A stretch of 64,000 nt of DNA from Vicugna vicugna (GCA_013265495.1 MU058423.1:6548939-6612938), one strand, 5' to 3'; numbered from the stretch's first letter, positions 25,357 through 38,748 are shown. Translations and numbers: made by a program. Notes: generated from the sequence alone by a model not told the origin.

Positions 25357-25918
25357 TTTTTTTAATATTATTTCATATTTATTTGATTTCATTCACAAAT
25401 ATTCTGCTAAAGTGTATCTGTTTGCTTTTTGGCTTTGAAGGGTTTTTGTTCTAGTATTTTTTTCCCTCTTTTTTCAGTTTTATTAGGTAGAATTATTACA
25501 GTTCGACTGCACATACACATTATATTGCATATAAATACATATATACAGTATACTGCACTTTTTTTAGTTTACATATATGTACTACACATATGTACTAATT
25601 ATTGTTTCTAAGAGCAGATTAGATCTTTAGCTTTTTAAACTTACATAGTTATCAAAGGAATAAAGCCAACTACAAAATAAGAACCAACAGAATGTGATAA
25701 TCTAATCATAAAGGACAGTCAGATATGCTTACACATATTCAAGAAATCAATCATCTTAGTTATAAATAGTAAATACTTCATGTCCTTATTATATATGATA
25801 TATATTATATATATTTTATATATATATGAGATTCCTTATTATATATGATATATATGATATATATTTTATATATATATATATGAGATTCCTCATATAAATG
25901 ATATCATATGGCATTTTT
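25357..25918 (-). mobile_element. Retroposed insert, L1 3'UTR-like at its right end
   Basis: T-rich left end; right end GATTCCTCATATAAATGATATCATATGGCATTTTT is typical antisense L1 3'UTR. Confidence 0.55.
25783..25890. repeat. About 50-bp AT-rich tandem duplication
   Basis: TCCTTATTATATATGATATATA(T/G)ATATATATTTTA(TA)nTGAGAT twice (25783-25832 and 25833-25886). Confidence 0.9.
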
Positions 25919-28794
25919 CCCTATTTCATAATATTAGGGGTTAGGGCTTCAACAAATGAATTTGAGGGGAGCTCAATCCACTCTATAATAAGCTTTGATT
26001 AAAACATAAATTGAAAGCTTAAAAAGTGCCTATAATTATGAAGCTGAAAAAGTCATAAATGTCAGCTTTAGACCGATATTTAACAGATGTTTTTAAATGC
26101 CAAATATTTTCTTGTTCACTAATGTTTGGCTGTGATGAGTAAAGCAATGTGCTAGCCACTTTTGGTAAAAGCTTGGAAACAAAACTGAAAAATTAAATCT
26201 ATGAAGAAGATTTTCAGAAACTGGAATGTTTCACAAGCAAGTGCAGGTGATAGGAATTAGCAAATGTAAAGCAGAAACTAGTCCCATTGTGTCTGAAAAT
26301 GCCTGAAAGAAAAGGAAAGATTTTGAAGTTTAGAAAAAGACAAGTTTAATGCCTTTTTCTGATGAACAGGCAAGGACAGCTTTATTGAGTTAGTTATTTT
26401 CTTTTTTAATACGAATTGAGAAATTAGGACAGATTCTTATTCATGCACATATCATGGTGGGTGACAGTCAAAAAAGGCCTTACGAAGAATCATTAATAAT
26501 TGTGTTTCTATCTATAGAGATGACAAGCCATAATCCTGTGAGTATTTGCACTGAAAACTTTTTGTCTGTCACTTTCTACAAAATTGGAACTAAATTACGT
26601 TGATTTGTGTTAGTCAACAGACTCATATAATAGTATTAGTGAAAGAATATATTGATTGCACAAGTTGCATGTTGACATCTGTAGACTGAATTTTGCCCAC
26701 TAGAATGTAAACACCAAGAGAACAAGAATATTTGTCTGTTTTTACTTTATTTGTATTTGCTGTATCCATAGAAACTAAATAAGCATCTGACCCATTTAAG
26801 GTGGTTAGTGAATCGGTGTTCAGTGGAATATTGATTTAATTCATGCAGTGCACTATCCGTAATAAGATTTTATTACGTTGTAAACATCATTCCAAAGGAA
26901 ATTAGTAGAACAACTAACAGTGGTGGAGTAGGTGATTTGGCACATGTCGTTGAAAGAGAAAGAAATGTCAGGAAAGTGGAGAAAAACAAATGATAAAATC
27001 GAAAGAAAAAGGGAAAAATTCAGTAGCAGCAAATAACGAAATGGAGAATTCCTTGTAAAAATTAGTATGTTGTTAAGGTTGTGGGAGGTGAGGTAAAGGT
27101 AAGTGTTAGGAAAACAACCTGACGTTGATACAGAGCTCTCCGCAAGATAGCTCTTGTGTCTTGTTTTAGTTATTCAGTTATTAGTTTCCACTTTGTAAGG
27201 TTTTTTTCTCTGCTCTAAAACAAATAGAAAAATGACATGATTCACATATAGCCATTTTCCTGGAGCTTAATATCTAGAAGAACAGTGATAAGAAGTGTCC
27301 TTGAAGAAGTGAGGGGAAAACGACACTTCTTTTGATAGGATTTAATTAAATAACCTAATCAATGCAAACTGGTATTCATTCATCACATTAATAATTTCAA
27401 ATTTAATGTTACAGATACATGCTGTTATTTTACATTTTATTATCTCAGGTAATAGAAATATCTATCTTATGTTGATATTGCAATTACTATGAATAATCAA
27501 AATGTGCCACACTAAAGATAAATTTCAGACTCACTGAGTGCCTAGCAAACCTGTTTTCTCCATGTTATATCGTGCACCATGCACTATGTCCCATAATGCT
27601 GTCACTCTGCTCAGCTGCCTGTCTGAACTACTAGACAATCCCATGATGCAGTAATCATGTCCCCACTGTGGAACGTGCTTGTGGAAAAGCGATTGTCACA
27701 CATTATATGCTTAATAACTATGTGATCAAGGAATTGATTGACCATTTTGAGAGTTCTGCTTAATGGGCATGCTGTAGTAAGATTGTGAATAGTAAAACCA
27801 ATTATACCTTTTCTTTGGAGTGTCTGTAGTCACAGAGAATCCATTGTGTGGTTGAAATAATCAAAAAAAAAAGTCAGACTATTAGAATATGAAACACAGA
27901 TGCTATCATCTCTTCAGATGGATGAAAACCTGAGCTGTCATCAGGTTATTAGGACTCCTATTGCAACATGCTAGTGTTCTGCCCTTCTTGTTGTGCAGCT
28001 GAGATGAAAGTTTGTCTTACTTTCCTTTGAATCCTTAAATAATTCACTATTTGCTGAGATCATATGAGTGTGCCTCTGGTCCCTATAACTTGAAAGATCC
28101 TAATTAGCAATTGAGATGAACAAATATGAATAAAGTGTTTTATTTTGTTTACTTTATTGTTACATATTTTACTTGATACCATTTTAAACTGTGTATGTAT
28201 GCTCAGGACTTGGATTTATTGTCATATAAGTATATTTATCTCGAGATTTCTTTGCACTGTAACAAAGTAGCTCTTGTACTCTTACTGGCCAGCTAAGTGT
28301 TTGATACTCTTATAACTCATTGTAGAGCAGTGTCCTGATAGGACATGGTAAGATGCTGTAAATACTTTTACATAAATACTATGATAGGTTTCTATTGGTG
28401 GACTTCAGATATTGAAATTTACTAAAATGCCATTAAACATAAGATCTACACTTTGGGATTGCTCAATGGATGATTTATTTTATTACAGGATATTTTTGGT
28501 AATTCAGTGATTTACCCACCACACACTCCTTGGAGCAGATGCTTCCTAAATTTCACAATATAGTAAGCAGTGTAACAGAGATTGTCTTGAGTAATTTAAG
28601 ACTATGCTGTTCTTTCAGATTGCCTTTTAATTGGCAGTGGCTAATTAAATTAAATTTGATTAAATTTAGAAATACCAAACCATATCTCCTTAAATAAAAC
28701 AATAAATTTCAATATAAGAATAAGAGCATATAGTTTTTACTAGAGTAATACTCTAGCAAAATTACTCTAGTAATTATTCTAGTAATAACTAGAG

Positions 28795-28925
28795 GTAGTT
28801 ATTATTGATCCATTTTAGAGTCATGTTAATACATACTTGGAGAACAAAGTCATACCTTGAGTTAATGACAAACTTGGAATTCAAATGCATCTGACTCCAA
28901 AGCCTGGTTCTTAAGCATTGATACA
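28795..28925 (-). mobile_element. MIR fragment
   Basis: ATTATTGATCCATTTTAGAG...GGAATTCAAATGCATCTGACTCCAAAGCCTGGTTCTTAA. Confidence 0.65.
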
Positions 28926-30968
28926 TATTACTCACCTTAAAGATTTTTAAAATATTTCAGAGTTTATAAAAAGAAGAACTCTGTATTGTACTGTATGGAA
29001 AGAAGAACCCCTTTTAAAAAGTATCCACTTGGGATTTTTTATCTTGCAGTTTCTTAAAGCAGTGATTATCTGCACAGTTGAAACTATTTAGATGTTGTTA
29101 GCTTCTAACTAAATTTTTCCAAATGTAATAGATTTAGTTTTATATTCTTCAGAGCATTAGATTAGCTCTTTAAGAATTTTCTCAAAAAGTTTTGAAATCT
29201 AGAAGTTTAAAAATATTTTGATGATATGCCATTTCCTAAAGATTCACAATGCACATATTTTTAAAAATCAAAGGGTCCTATAATAAGAAAATATTTAATT
29301 TTGTTTATCCCAGTACTTCCAATTTTATCTGAGTGTTTTTTAAATTTATTTAAACTTTTAGGTAATATTTTCTTAGAGATATAATAACAAATATATGCAT
29401 TTATTTAAGGATAAAAAGGAGAGGAAAGAAAGCCCTGGGATAGTTTCCTATGTAAAATGTGATTCTCTAAAACCACATAGCTTTACTTGCAGTTGGATAC
29501 ACTGGATAGAAAAAAAAAAAGATAGATAGACAGACAGACATCCTTTAAAATCTTTTTATTGAAAATTTCAAAAAATTAAAAATAGTAAGAATGAACACAC
29601 AAAAAGATCCTACTCAGATTCTCCATAAGAGAAATTTTCATTTATAAAATCTTTAAATTTTTAAAAATAAGTACAGCTACTTATTTTCAAATGGCAATGT
29701 ATATAAATTTTCTATTAAGATTTCATGCAATGACTGATGCATGGATATAAAAGTCACCACTCTGCTTTTAAAATCATATTTTCCTTTCTTATCTAAAATG
29801 ACATGGATGTGAAATGACCATGTGAGTTAAATTACCAAAGACACTATATACCATAAGTGGAAGAGAGTGTTGTTAAACAACCCGTAAGGATATTTTCCTC
29901 TGCAGTTTGTTGCCAGCTCCCATACCCCTCACTACTGCATCTCCTTTTCTGCCCTTTCTCAAATCAATTTATTTCTATGCAAATGCTGGCATCTCTGTAT
30001 GGAGGATATGTGATAAGAAACCAGACCTTTTCTATAGACAGGCTGCTTATTGAGTAATTCATCCATCGTTTACTCAAGCAGAAAATCTATGACTATCATC
30101 ATTTATTCATTCACAAGGGTGTTTTCCCACCTGAGGCAAGGACACTATTTTAATTTGGCTTTAGAGCTGGTGGGCACATCTCTGCTCTATTATGGTCAGC
30201 AGCCCTGCTTTGCATGTAATGTTTCAGGGGCAGTTTCCCTTTAGAGACTTTTAAATATTCTTTAGTCACAGAATGTCATATATCTCCCATGTTCTCTGAT
30301 TTACCCAATTCAAGCCATCTTTTTGAAGATACACCTCCTTGGCTGCTGTAACCCATCTTCATTTTGTTAATCTGTATCACACCAGCTGGCACTTAAAAGG
30401 TTCAACTTTGTCTTATAGTCTTCCTGAAACAGATGCTAAACACCCTGAGCATAGATACAACTTCTAATGTGTATTCTGTTCTCAACTCTACAATATTCTC
30501 AGCTCATAACAGATATCCATTAAAGATTTTCTGAGTTGAAATTACTGGAGTTACTAAGATGGATAACTACAGTGAGAGGAGAGTTAGTTTAATGAGAGGA
30601 AAGAACCAAAGTAAAATAGTGAAGATTCGTTAAGTTTACGACGTTACATTATCTCATAAATGTATGACTTCAAAGAGTGAGAATTTCTGGTTGTACCTTC
30701 TATTAGGAGCCTAGAAAGTTGTTAAATAAGAGGCTCAGATTAATTAGTAAAATACATTGTATTTCAGTCACGTAGTTCTATGCCTTACAAAAAATATCCT
30801 TGTTTTTGTTTTTGTTTTGTTTTGAATCTCAAATTATACTAAGGTTAATGCTGCTTTCAAATCAGTTATTTTTGAAAATGCTCACAACCCAACTCTTCAT
30901 ATGTCCAAAAAATAGAATTTCAGAGAGTTGTATTATGTGGTTAAGTGGCATATTTAAAAATAGCAATT

Positions 30969-31146
30969 TAAACAAGATTATACTGTATACCACAGGGAAA
31001 TATATACAAGAGCTTGTGGTAGCTCATGGTGAAAAAGAATGTGACAATGAATATATGTCTGTTCATGTATAACTGAAAAATTGTGTTCTATACTGGAAAT
31101 TGACACAACATTGTAAACTGATTATAACTCAATAAAATAAAATTTA
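30969..31146 (+). mobile_element. Young 5'-truncated L1 3' tail
   Basis: Flanked by TSD AAAAATAGCAATT (30956-30968 and 31147-31159) at a TT/AAAA site; ends TTGACACAACATTGTAAACTGATTATAACTCAATAAAA. Confidence 0.9.
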
Positions 31147-31229
31147 AAAAATAGCAATTAAAAAATCTTTTCTGTGTACCCTCAAGCTATGTCTATAGAG
31201 ATAAATGAATTACTTATAGTTAAATGCGC

Positions 31230-31830
31230 AAGCACTATTGTTTATTCCCTATATACATATTAAGCTAGGCATTGAGTATGAAGAAGTGAACACAGAGATA
31301 TGGTCCCATCATTCTGGAGATTATAATTCTGCAGAGAATATGTATAAAATAACCAATCAAACAAGGCTAAGAAGGAAAGCAAAAAAGGAATATATAAAAA
31401 GGAATAAGAAAAAATAATAACCAACAACATAATTGCAAACTATAATAAATCCAGTGAAAGGAGTGTAAGGTGCTGAGAGATTAAATAGAGGAAAACTTTT
31501 GGATTATGGTTTTTAAAGAGATTTAATTTAGGAGGTGACATTTAAGCTAAGACTTAATGAGAAAGAACCATTATGTGAATGAAAGAACATCCCAAGTTGA
31601 AGGGGAAAAAAAACATGTTAAAGAGAACCTAAGTCACGAAAGGGTTTTTAGTATATCAAGCAAAGGAGAATAATGAACAGGATAAGGCAGAGAAATTGGC
31701 AGAGGCCAAATTGTAACAGGATAATTGGCCAGGAGAAGTACAATGGGGAGCGATTAAAGACTTCCAGGCAGGGAAGGAACAATATTAGTTTAAGTTTTAA
31801 AAAGAGAACAGGCTCCTATGTGGAAAGTAA
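31230..31830 (-). mobile_element. L2 (degenerate)
   Basis: GCTAGGCATTGAG...GTGAACACAGAGATATGGTCCC...GGAGGTGACATTTAAGCTAAGAC. Confidence 0.65.
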
Positions 31831-32399
31831 TAGAAAGGAACAATCATGGAACATACTTTATCTTGAAAGCTTTCTCCACGTAATGGAGAAAGTGCCAGTG
31901 ACCCATAAGCCCATATACTTGAGATTCAGCATCCATAAATCAAATTCAGAGAAGAGTCAATTATCCCTTCCAGTTCTGACTCTGCTCTAGCACCCAACTA
32001 CAGCCCCCTCAATGTCATATGATTGGCGTAACAGTGGATTAGAACTCTTGATTTTTTCTCCTTCATTTTATCCTTTCTTGATTTTCATTGTGTCACCCTT
32101 TACTCAATTCTCTTCATACTTCTGTGTATTTCTATTCTTTATTCACTGCGTGCCCTTTGCTGACACCTTAAATATTGGTGGTCTTCCACCTCAACCCACT
32201 TTTGTATGCTCATTCTTAGTGTCTTTCTCTGAGTATGGAATCTATTTTCACAACTTAAATTTTCTCATATTTAGTCAATAAATATTCATGGAATACTACC
32301 AAGTACCAGGCATTATTCTAGGCACCATGGATACAAATTAACTAAACATTTATTTAAAGCTGCCTATCCTATCATCTATCTATTTATCTATTTCATCTT

Positions 32400-33352
32400 T
32401 TTATCTGCTGATGATTCTTCAATCTAGATCTCTAGTCGAAAATTCTCTCATAAGAGGTTCTGTCCACTGGGCTTCAGGCTCATATGTCTAACTTCCTGTT
32501 ACATGTGTCTGCCTAAACATCACACAGACACCACTTAATTCAAAATGCCCAAACAAAAATGCTTTTTCTTTAAACGTGTTCTTCTTCAACAATTTCCTTC
32601 TCAGCAGTTGGTACAGCCATCCATTCAGATACCAGGGAGACATTTCTTTCCCCTCTTTCACTTTTCACCCTTCAATCAGTCACCAATATTTAAAATCTGA
32701 ATTAATTTTGAAGTTAATTCAAACCCCCATCACCTATTCCTGGTCTATTGCTATAATTTCCAGACTTGTCTTCCTGATTCCCGTATCCTTTCCTTTAATC
32801 AAACTTCCACACCACTGCCAGAGGGCTCCATCTAAAAAGGCAAATCTGATTACCCCACTCCTCCTCATATAACTATTATTTCATTATAATAATTCAAGTA
32901 ACTTAGTATGACATAGGCCCTCTAACCACCACCTCCCTCTCCTCTCTACCTCTAGTCTCATTTCTTGCCAACTGTCCTCAAGCATTTTATGTTCCACATT
33001 TTCTCTTGACATTGCCTGGGCTTGGGATTTTCTTACTTTCCACCACTCCTTCTTTATCTGAAGAACAACTTATTGTGCTTTAAGACAGATTCTTCCAAGA
33101 AGGCTATTTTTAAACTTTAAACCTGGGTTAGACACATCTCCTCTGTGTACCTGTTTATTCCTTCATTCCTTCATTCACGTATAACAACCTTTGCTTACTT
33201 TTCTGTCTGTTTGTACTTGACCCACGCCTATGTATTATTTTTCTTGATAGGACTTATGAGCCATGAGAGGGAAGAAACCACGTCTTATTTATCTTCCTCT
33301 CTATAGCAATAATTTAATGCCTTATACAACATATATTTATTGAGTGAATAAT
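32400..33352 (+). mobile_element. L2 3' region (degenerate)
   Basis: TCTGCTGATGATTC...CACACCACTGCCAGAGGG...AAATCTGATTAC...GTCTTATTTATCTT...TTTATTGAGTGAAT. Confidence 0.7.
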
Positions 33353-33429
33353 TTACATATTTCCTTTCATACTTAAAATATTTCAAACAACCATTCATAT
33401 ACATCCTATATTATAATTGTAGCATGTAT

Positions 33430-33628
33430 TTGAATAGCACCTTTAAATTTATGAAATGTTTTCACTTTTAATCCAAATTGCTCTTTAAGGGAGCATCAAT
33501 AGGTTTTGATATTCCCATTTTTAATAACAGGGGAAGCTAAAGTTCAGAGAGATTTATTCAACATCAAACAGTTAATGATAGAACTATAGCTCTGGACATA
33601 ATTTATCCAACAGACCACACTGCCTACT
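33430..33628 (-). mobile_element. MIR SINE
   Basis: ATTCCCATTTT...GGGGAAGCTAAAGTTCAGAGAG...CCAACAGACCACACTGCC. Confidence 0.6.
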
Positions 33629-34776
33629 CGATGGAGTGGGGACCAAGCCCCCTTGATCCATTCTTTATGAAACATGCCTCACACATTTCCTAACCTAGGA
33701 GAGCCTACCTAGTGAGAGCAGACACCTCTGTTAAGTGAGCCTGACCTTCACCCTTCAACTCCAGACCTGTATTTTTAGCTACTTTCTTAGGATACCTCTC
33801 CCTGGATGTGCCACACCACTTCAAAAGCAACATGTCTACATTAAAATGTATCCTTGCTCTGCTCCCACACATTTGGCTCCCACCCTCTTTGGCTTCCAAC
33901 CAAACTACTTTGTCCTCCAGATTTTATGATTTCTGTTAATGCTATTTTGTCTTCAGGATTAATGTTACAGCTGTATCTAGCTATTCATCTCTTGAAAATA
34001 AGCCTCTTTACTGATAAATTGTCATTATTTATTGAAAACCTGTCAGGCTATCATTCATCCCTTCAGGGCCTTGCTGAACAAAGACAGGTTAGAGAATTAA
34101 ATATGGCACACTGAAAATAATACTTGCCCCCTTGCATAATTAGATTTAGGCATAAAAATATTTCAGTGACAACCTAAACAGATAAAAAGGTGAAAATATC
34201 TAACAATGAGGAAATTACTTCCATTATTTCAATGACTTTTTAAAGTGAAAAGCAAGTTACTATTATCTTTCATCTTGTTTCTATTTCAGTTAATTTTCTT
34301 TATAATGACGAGGGCAATGATGTCATCTGCTTTATTTCTATTTATTCCTGTTTCTGCTCCATGCCTATCAGTTATTTAGCTACACTAATGGAACCAGGGC
34401 AGAAAAGATTCCCTTTTGGATTTACCAAGTTTTATAGTAGTAAGATCAGCACTTCCTGCATTCTCAAAATTTTCTTGTTACTTTTAATATCTGTTTGAAA
34501 CCACTCACTAGATTAAAATGTAATTGTTAAAATAAAATTATTTTTTAAAGACCAGAAAGTTTAAAATAAGTCCAAAATACAAATAAAGTCACCTACTCAG
34601 TAAACCACATCTAGATAAATACTGTTGTTTAAGTAACGCATAAACTATATAATTGAATTGGTCTCTGGATTAGATTTTAGAAATGAAATCAGAAAATTAT
34701 TTCAGTGGCTAAAATTGAAAGGAGAAAGCTGAAGATTCTAGGGCAGGGTTTCTCATAACCTGGCTTTGACAGACAC

Positions 34777-35175
34777 TGTGATGTATCTATCGCCCAGATC
34801 CCATCCAGGGAAGAACGTGTTGCCCTAGCTGTTGGGAGAGCTGTCATCAACACACTTGAGCCATCAGCCCATTCAGGGCTTTCTTCACTGCATGGTGGTC
34901 TACCACCACTGCTTGCAAGGAAGCTCACATACAATCTGACTGACCAACACAGGAGGGCCCACCTCCTGACAGTACTGAAGAGCCATTCTAACTCCTGAGT
35001 GTAATTGCTCCCATACGATTGTGATTGACTAAAGCTTGTTGGTTCTGTGTCACAGCTCAGCTGCTCCCTCTGCCCAATCTTGCACCCTCGCCTTCACTTT
35101 CCTAGGTATTGTTTCCTAACAAATACCGTGAATGCTAAACTGCTGGCTTCCTCAATCCCAATTCAACCTGGAACA
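34777..35175 (+). mobile_element. ERVL solo LTR (LTR16C-like)
   Basis: TGTG...CGCCCAGATCCC...AGCTGTTGGGAG...CTGAAGAGCCAT...CTCCCTCTGCCCAATCTTGC...ACA. Confidence 0.75.
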
Positions 35176-38100
35176 CAGAGCTTCAGGGAATCTGCGAGTC
35201 CTCTCAATTTATATGCACATCTTTAATTTTATGACTTTTCCTGATAGAGGTTTTCCCCTAGGTGGCCTTTGTATCAGAAAGTATAAGTACCATTGTCCTA
35301 GTGTGTTGAAGATCATCTGGTTATCAGGAAAAGATGAAATGTGGTTAGTTTTAGCCTTTAAATTAATTCTAACAAATTCTGCACAATGACTAATGCACAC
35401 ATATCACCCATTCAATATCACATTATGAATGGGCAAAAATGAAACTAAACCAGTAAATGCTTAAAAGGCAAAGAGCACCCTGCTAAGGTAAAAAGAGAAA
35501 TGATAAACCTTGAAAAAACAGGTAACTATTTTTCGTGGCCAGGAGACTGTTTCAGGCCATCCTTTTCATTTTTATAATTTTTTAAAAGGACAGATAAAAA
35601 TCACCAAGGTAATGATACCCTCTGAAAAACATTTTAAAGGATGGTGATGCACTTTTGAAATTGTGCGCATGAGATCTTGCCTAGAGCCCTGCTGAATCTT
35701 TTTTTGAATTCGTAAAGAAAGTCCCTCAGGATATTTCACAGTGTGAGGATACACAGCCTCCTTTCCTGACAGGTCATTACTGCATATCATGCTGGGATTG
35801 AGTGCAGGACTGAGGGGTGGCTTCTCTCCCTGCTTCTTCTGTAAAGGTATGTGGGATTTGAGCTTTGGAATCTTAAATGTCCATGAGAGCTCAAAAGGTA
35901 CCTGGTGATTGATTTGCACGACAGGATCTGGCTGACACAAGAATTGCAGTTGAGTTCAGCAGGATGGCAATCAGAGTCCTTGGCAAAAGTCACACTGTCT
36001 AAGGTTGACCATCATGTGGCTAAGGCTACCTGCTGCAGTTTTTTATGACTCAGTACTAGGTAAGGTTTTTGTGTTTCCCTTTTTAAATTTGGTAATTAAA
36101 ATCAATTTCTTCAAAAGGAAAAGTTTAGCAGCAAAAGAACATATCCATCAAGTTCTGACCAAAGAATGGAAACCCATATAGGGTAAATGAAACCATAAGG
36201 AGGCATATGCTGTGTGTCTAATTAGTCCACAGCCTTCTAAGTTGAGATACATCACAGGAGAGATTGTGCTTGGAGCAAAGCTCCTTCCTTCCTTTAACAA
36301 TGGGATACTTTCCAATCTTTAAAATATTAAAGTCCCAGAAAATGTTATACCACACAATTCATGATTTCATTTTATATAGTTAAGATATCTCTGGGGAAAA
36401 ATATATTTTAAAATTCACATTGTTGTAACCTTTCCTCCTATTATGCTCATCATAAGGAAAATAAAAAAACACGAAAAAATGTGAAGAAGTGAAATGAACA
36501 CCACTTAGAACTTCACTATACAAGAGAACACAACCCAGACTCTACTGAAAATGCATTACTAAACCCTGAGGTAGCCTAAATCCACTAAAAATATAAAATG
36601 TCAAAGAAATGTTGAATTGTTGAAAGCCAACAAAAACTTAGGTTAAATAAATTTTCAAGGAAATTAATCACACGTTTCAGTTACCTCGCATTGTTTTTGT
36701 TTGAGTAATACGCAGCAAGCACAGGTAAGCAAAGACAGTTGTTTCAGAGAACTGATTCGAACCGAAGTCAAAAGCTATCATAACTGGGTAACATAAAAGT
36801 TGTAAAGGTTTTGGTGTAAACATTCAAATTGAAAATCAAACCCTACTGACATTTTAGTTATATTTGAAGTTTACTAAAATCTTCGTGGAGCAGTTTTACA
36901 TATACCAGTAATATTTATTGCCGAGTTTTGGCCCCTAATATTGGTCTGGACAGGTGGGAATATAGGGACTTTGAGTATGTGCCGAAAGCCCTTAAGCCTT
37001 GAAAAATGATATCCAAAACCTCTATGCCTGTGGATACATGCTTTATTCCTAATATTAAAGGGGGTTTTGTGGGATGTTTTGTTTTGTTTTTGCTTTTTAC
37101 CATCAGGGGTGGTTTTTATTTATAGAAATTAATATTCAGAAGTTTAATATTGAAACAATCAACCAATTAAATTTACAATTATAAAAGCTTAGTTTATGTT
37201 TAAGCCTAAAACTCACTTTACATTCCTTTTCAAGCTCAGTTTATTTACAGAATTAGGAAATTCTCAAATAATTTTAAAGGAACTTTCAATAATTCCTCTT
37301 CCCACTTACTATCTTCTTTATAAACATTTTAAGCCACAGTTAAATTTTTTTTATTTTCTTATATTTTTGTTTTCTGGTTACAATTTCCCAACTGCTAAAT
37401 ACTTCTTATAAAGCTAATAAAGTAAATTTATAAACTAAATTCTCTTAAATATCATTTTTAAAAAACTAGTCAGGTGTCAACCACTGCAACCAAAAAAAAA
37501 AAGTATAAGCCTAAAATGGTGGCTTAATTAGGCATCTTAATTTGAAAACATAGGGTTTTATAATAAAATAATATCATTGACCCCCCATGATTCTAGTTGT
37601 CCAATTCTCTTCAACACTAAAGGAACCGACAGTAAACAGGCACCTATTTTCCACTAAAGAGTATTAATGCTATTCATTTTTTATCTCTTAAATGTTTCTC
37701 TATTCAATTTTAAATCTTTCTGGCAATGAAAAATGCTTTTTCCCTCCTCTCCCATTAAGAAACTATTATATTGTTCCTCAGATTTGGAGGGTTAACTTTC
37801 CAAACCTATCACGTTTACAAATCAAGTGTATTTTAGCCATGTCCCTGGATTCATCTCCATCTACTCCCAGAAGCCTACAGCTCCCACCTGGCTTGATCTC
37901 TTAAGTGGAATTGTGTGTCCTTTATCCCTGGAGGGCTGCTGTGTGGCCCTTGGCCTGTGGGGGCACGGGAGGCTAGAGCGACCCTGCTGGGCAGCACAGT
38001 TAGGACTATTTCTGGGCCCAACCCAAACTGAAGAAATGAACTTGAGGGCCCATCAGCGTCTTGCCAGTAGGGGGACATGGAAGCTAGACTGAGTGGTGGA

Positions 38101-38748
38101 GGCCAGCTCTCAGCTTCCCTCTGCCCTCAGTCAGCCTCTCTAGGGACAGCTTCCAGTTCAAGTCCAGCAAGGGGGAAAAACATAAACCACAGCAACTTAT
38201 CTCTGGAAATGATGAACATACTTGCTTCCCAGGCCAAAAGATTTTTCTGTTTTAACAGATGCTGCATTATTTCATATACTCCCTAAGACTATACAATTCT
38301 TGGGACATTGAAATGATATTACGTTCAATTTGAGATATTTCTTTGTACTCTACTAGGTCTAATGTACAACGTGTTTCCTCACATACCAATATTTCCCATT
38401 TTTCTGATGTTGATGCTATAGGAAAAGAAATAACAAAAGATGACTGTCAGGATAGCTTTGCCCAGAACAGTCCAGGGTAAGTTTCTCTCTTCCTTGAACA
38501 GACTACAAATTCAACATAGGTAGTTTCTAGGAGGGGAGGTGGACTCAAAGAGGATAATAACATAATTTTTTTAATTAGGATTTGAGATTCTCAGAGTTTG
38601 GGGTGACTAATTTCTGGGAATTTTTGACCCTGCAATGTGATAAATTACCCTGAGGATTAAATATAGTATTGGTGGCAGCAGCACTGGGAGAAAACATAAA
38701 ACTATATAGATTTACTGCTTTTGGAAAGTCTCCTATTAATGGCATCTT

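Larger units (their letters stand above)
25047..25990 (-). mobile_element. MLT1A-like solo LTR split by an L1-type insert
   Basis: 5-bp TSD AGCTT at 25042-25046 and 25991-25995; GGGCTGCCATAACAAAATACCACAGACTGGGTGG; LTR resumes GGGGTTAGGGCTTCAACAAATGAATTT. Confidence 0.88.

Noticed and set aside
28489..28562. Plus-strand exon-like segment (DIFGNSVIYPPHTPWSRCFLNFTI)
   Set aside because: Splice sites are plausible but the peptide is unrecognised, and joining it to the next plus-strand candidate (35773) creates a TAG stop.
35773..35846. Plus-strand exon-like segment CTTTCCTGACAG|...AAG|GTATGT, overlapping the 122-aa minus ORF
   Set aside because: No recognisable product or compatible partner exon; cannot be told apart from a pseudo-exon without RNA data.
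38061..38078. CTCF-like CCAGTAGGGGGAC in a GC-richer stretch
   Set aside because: Lacks the strongly conserved C after GG; the surrounding 37.85-38.18 kb may be an unclassified LTR.
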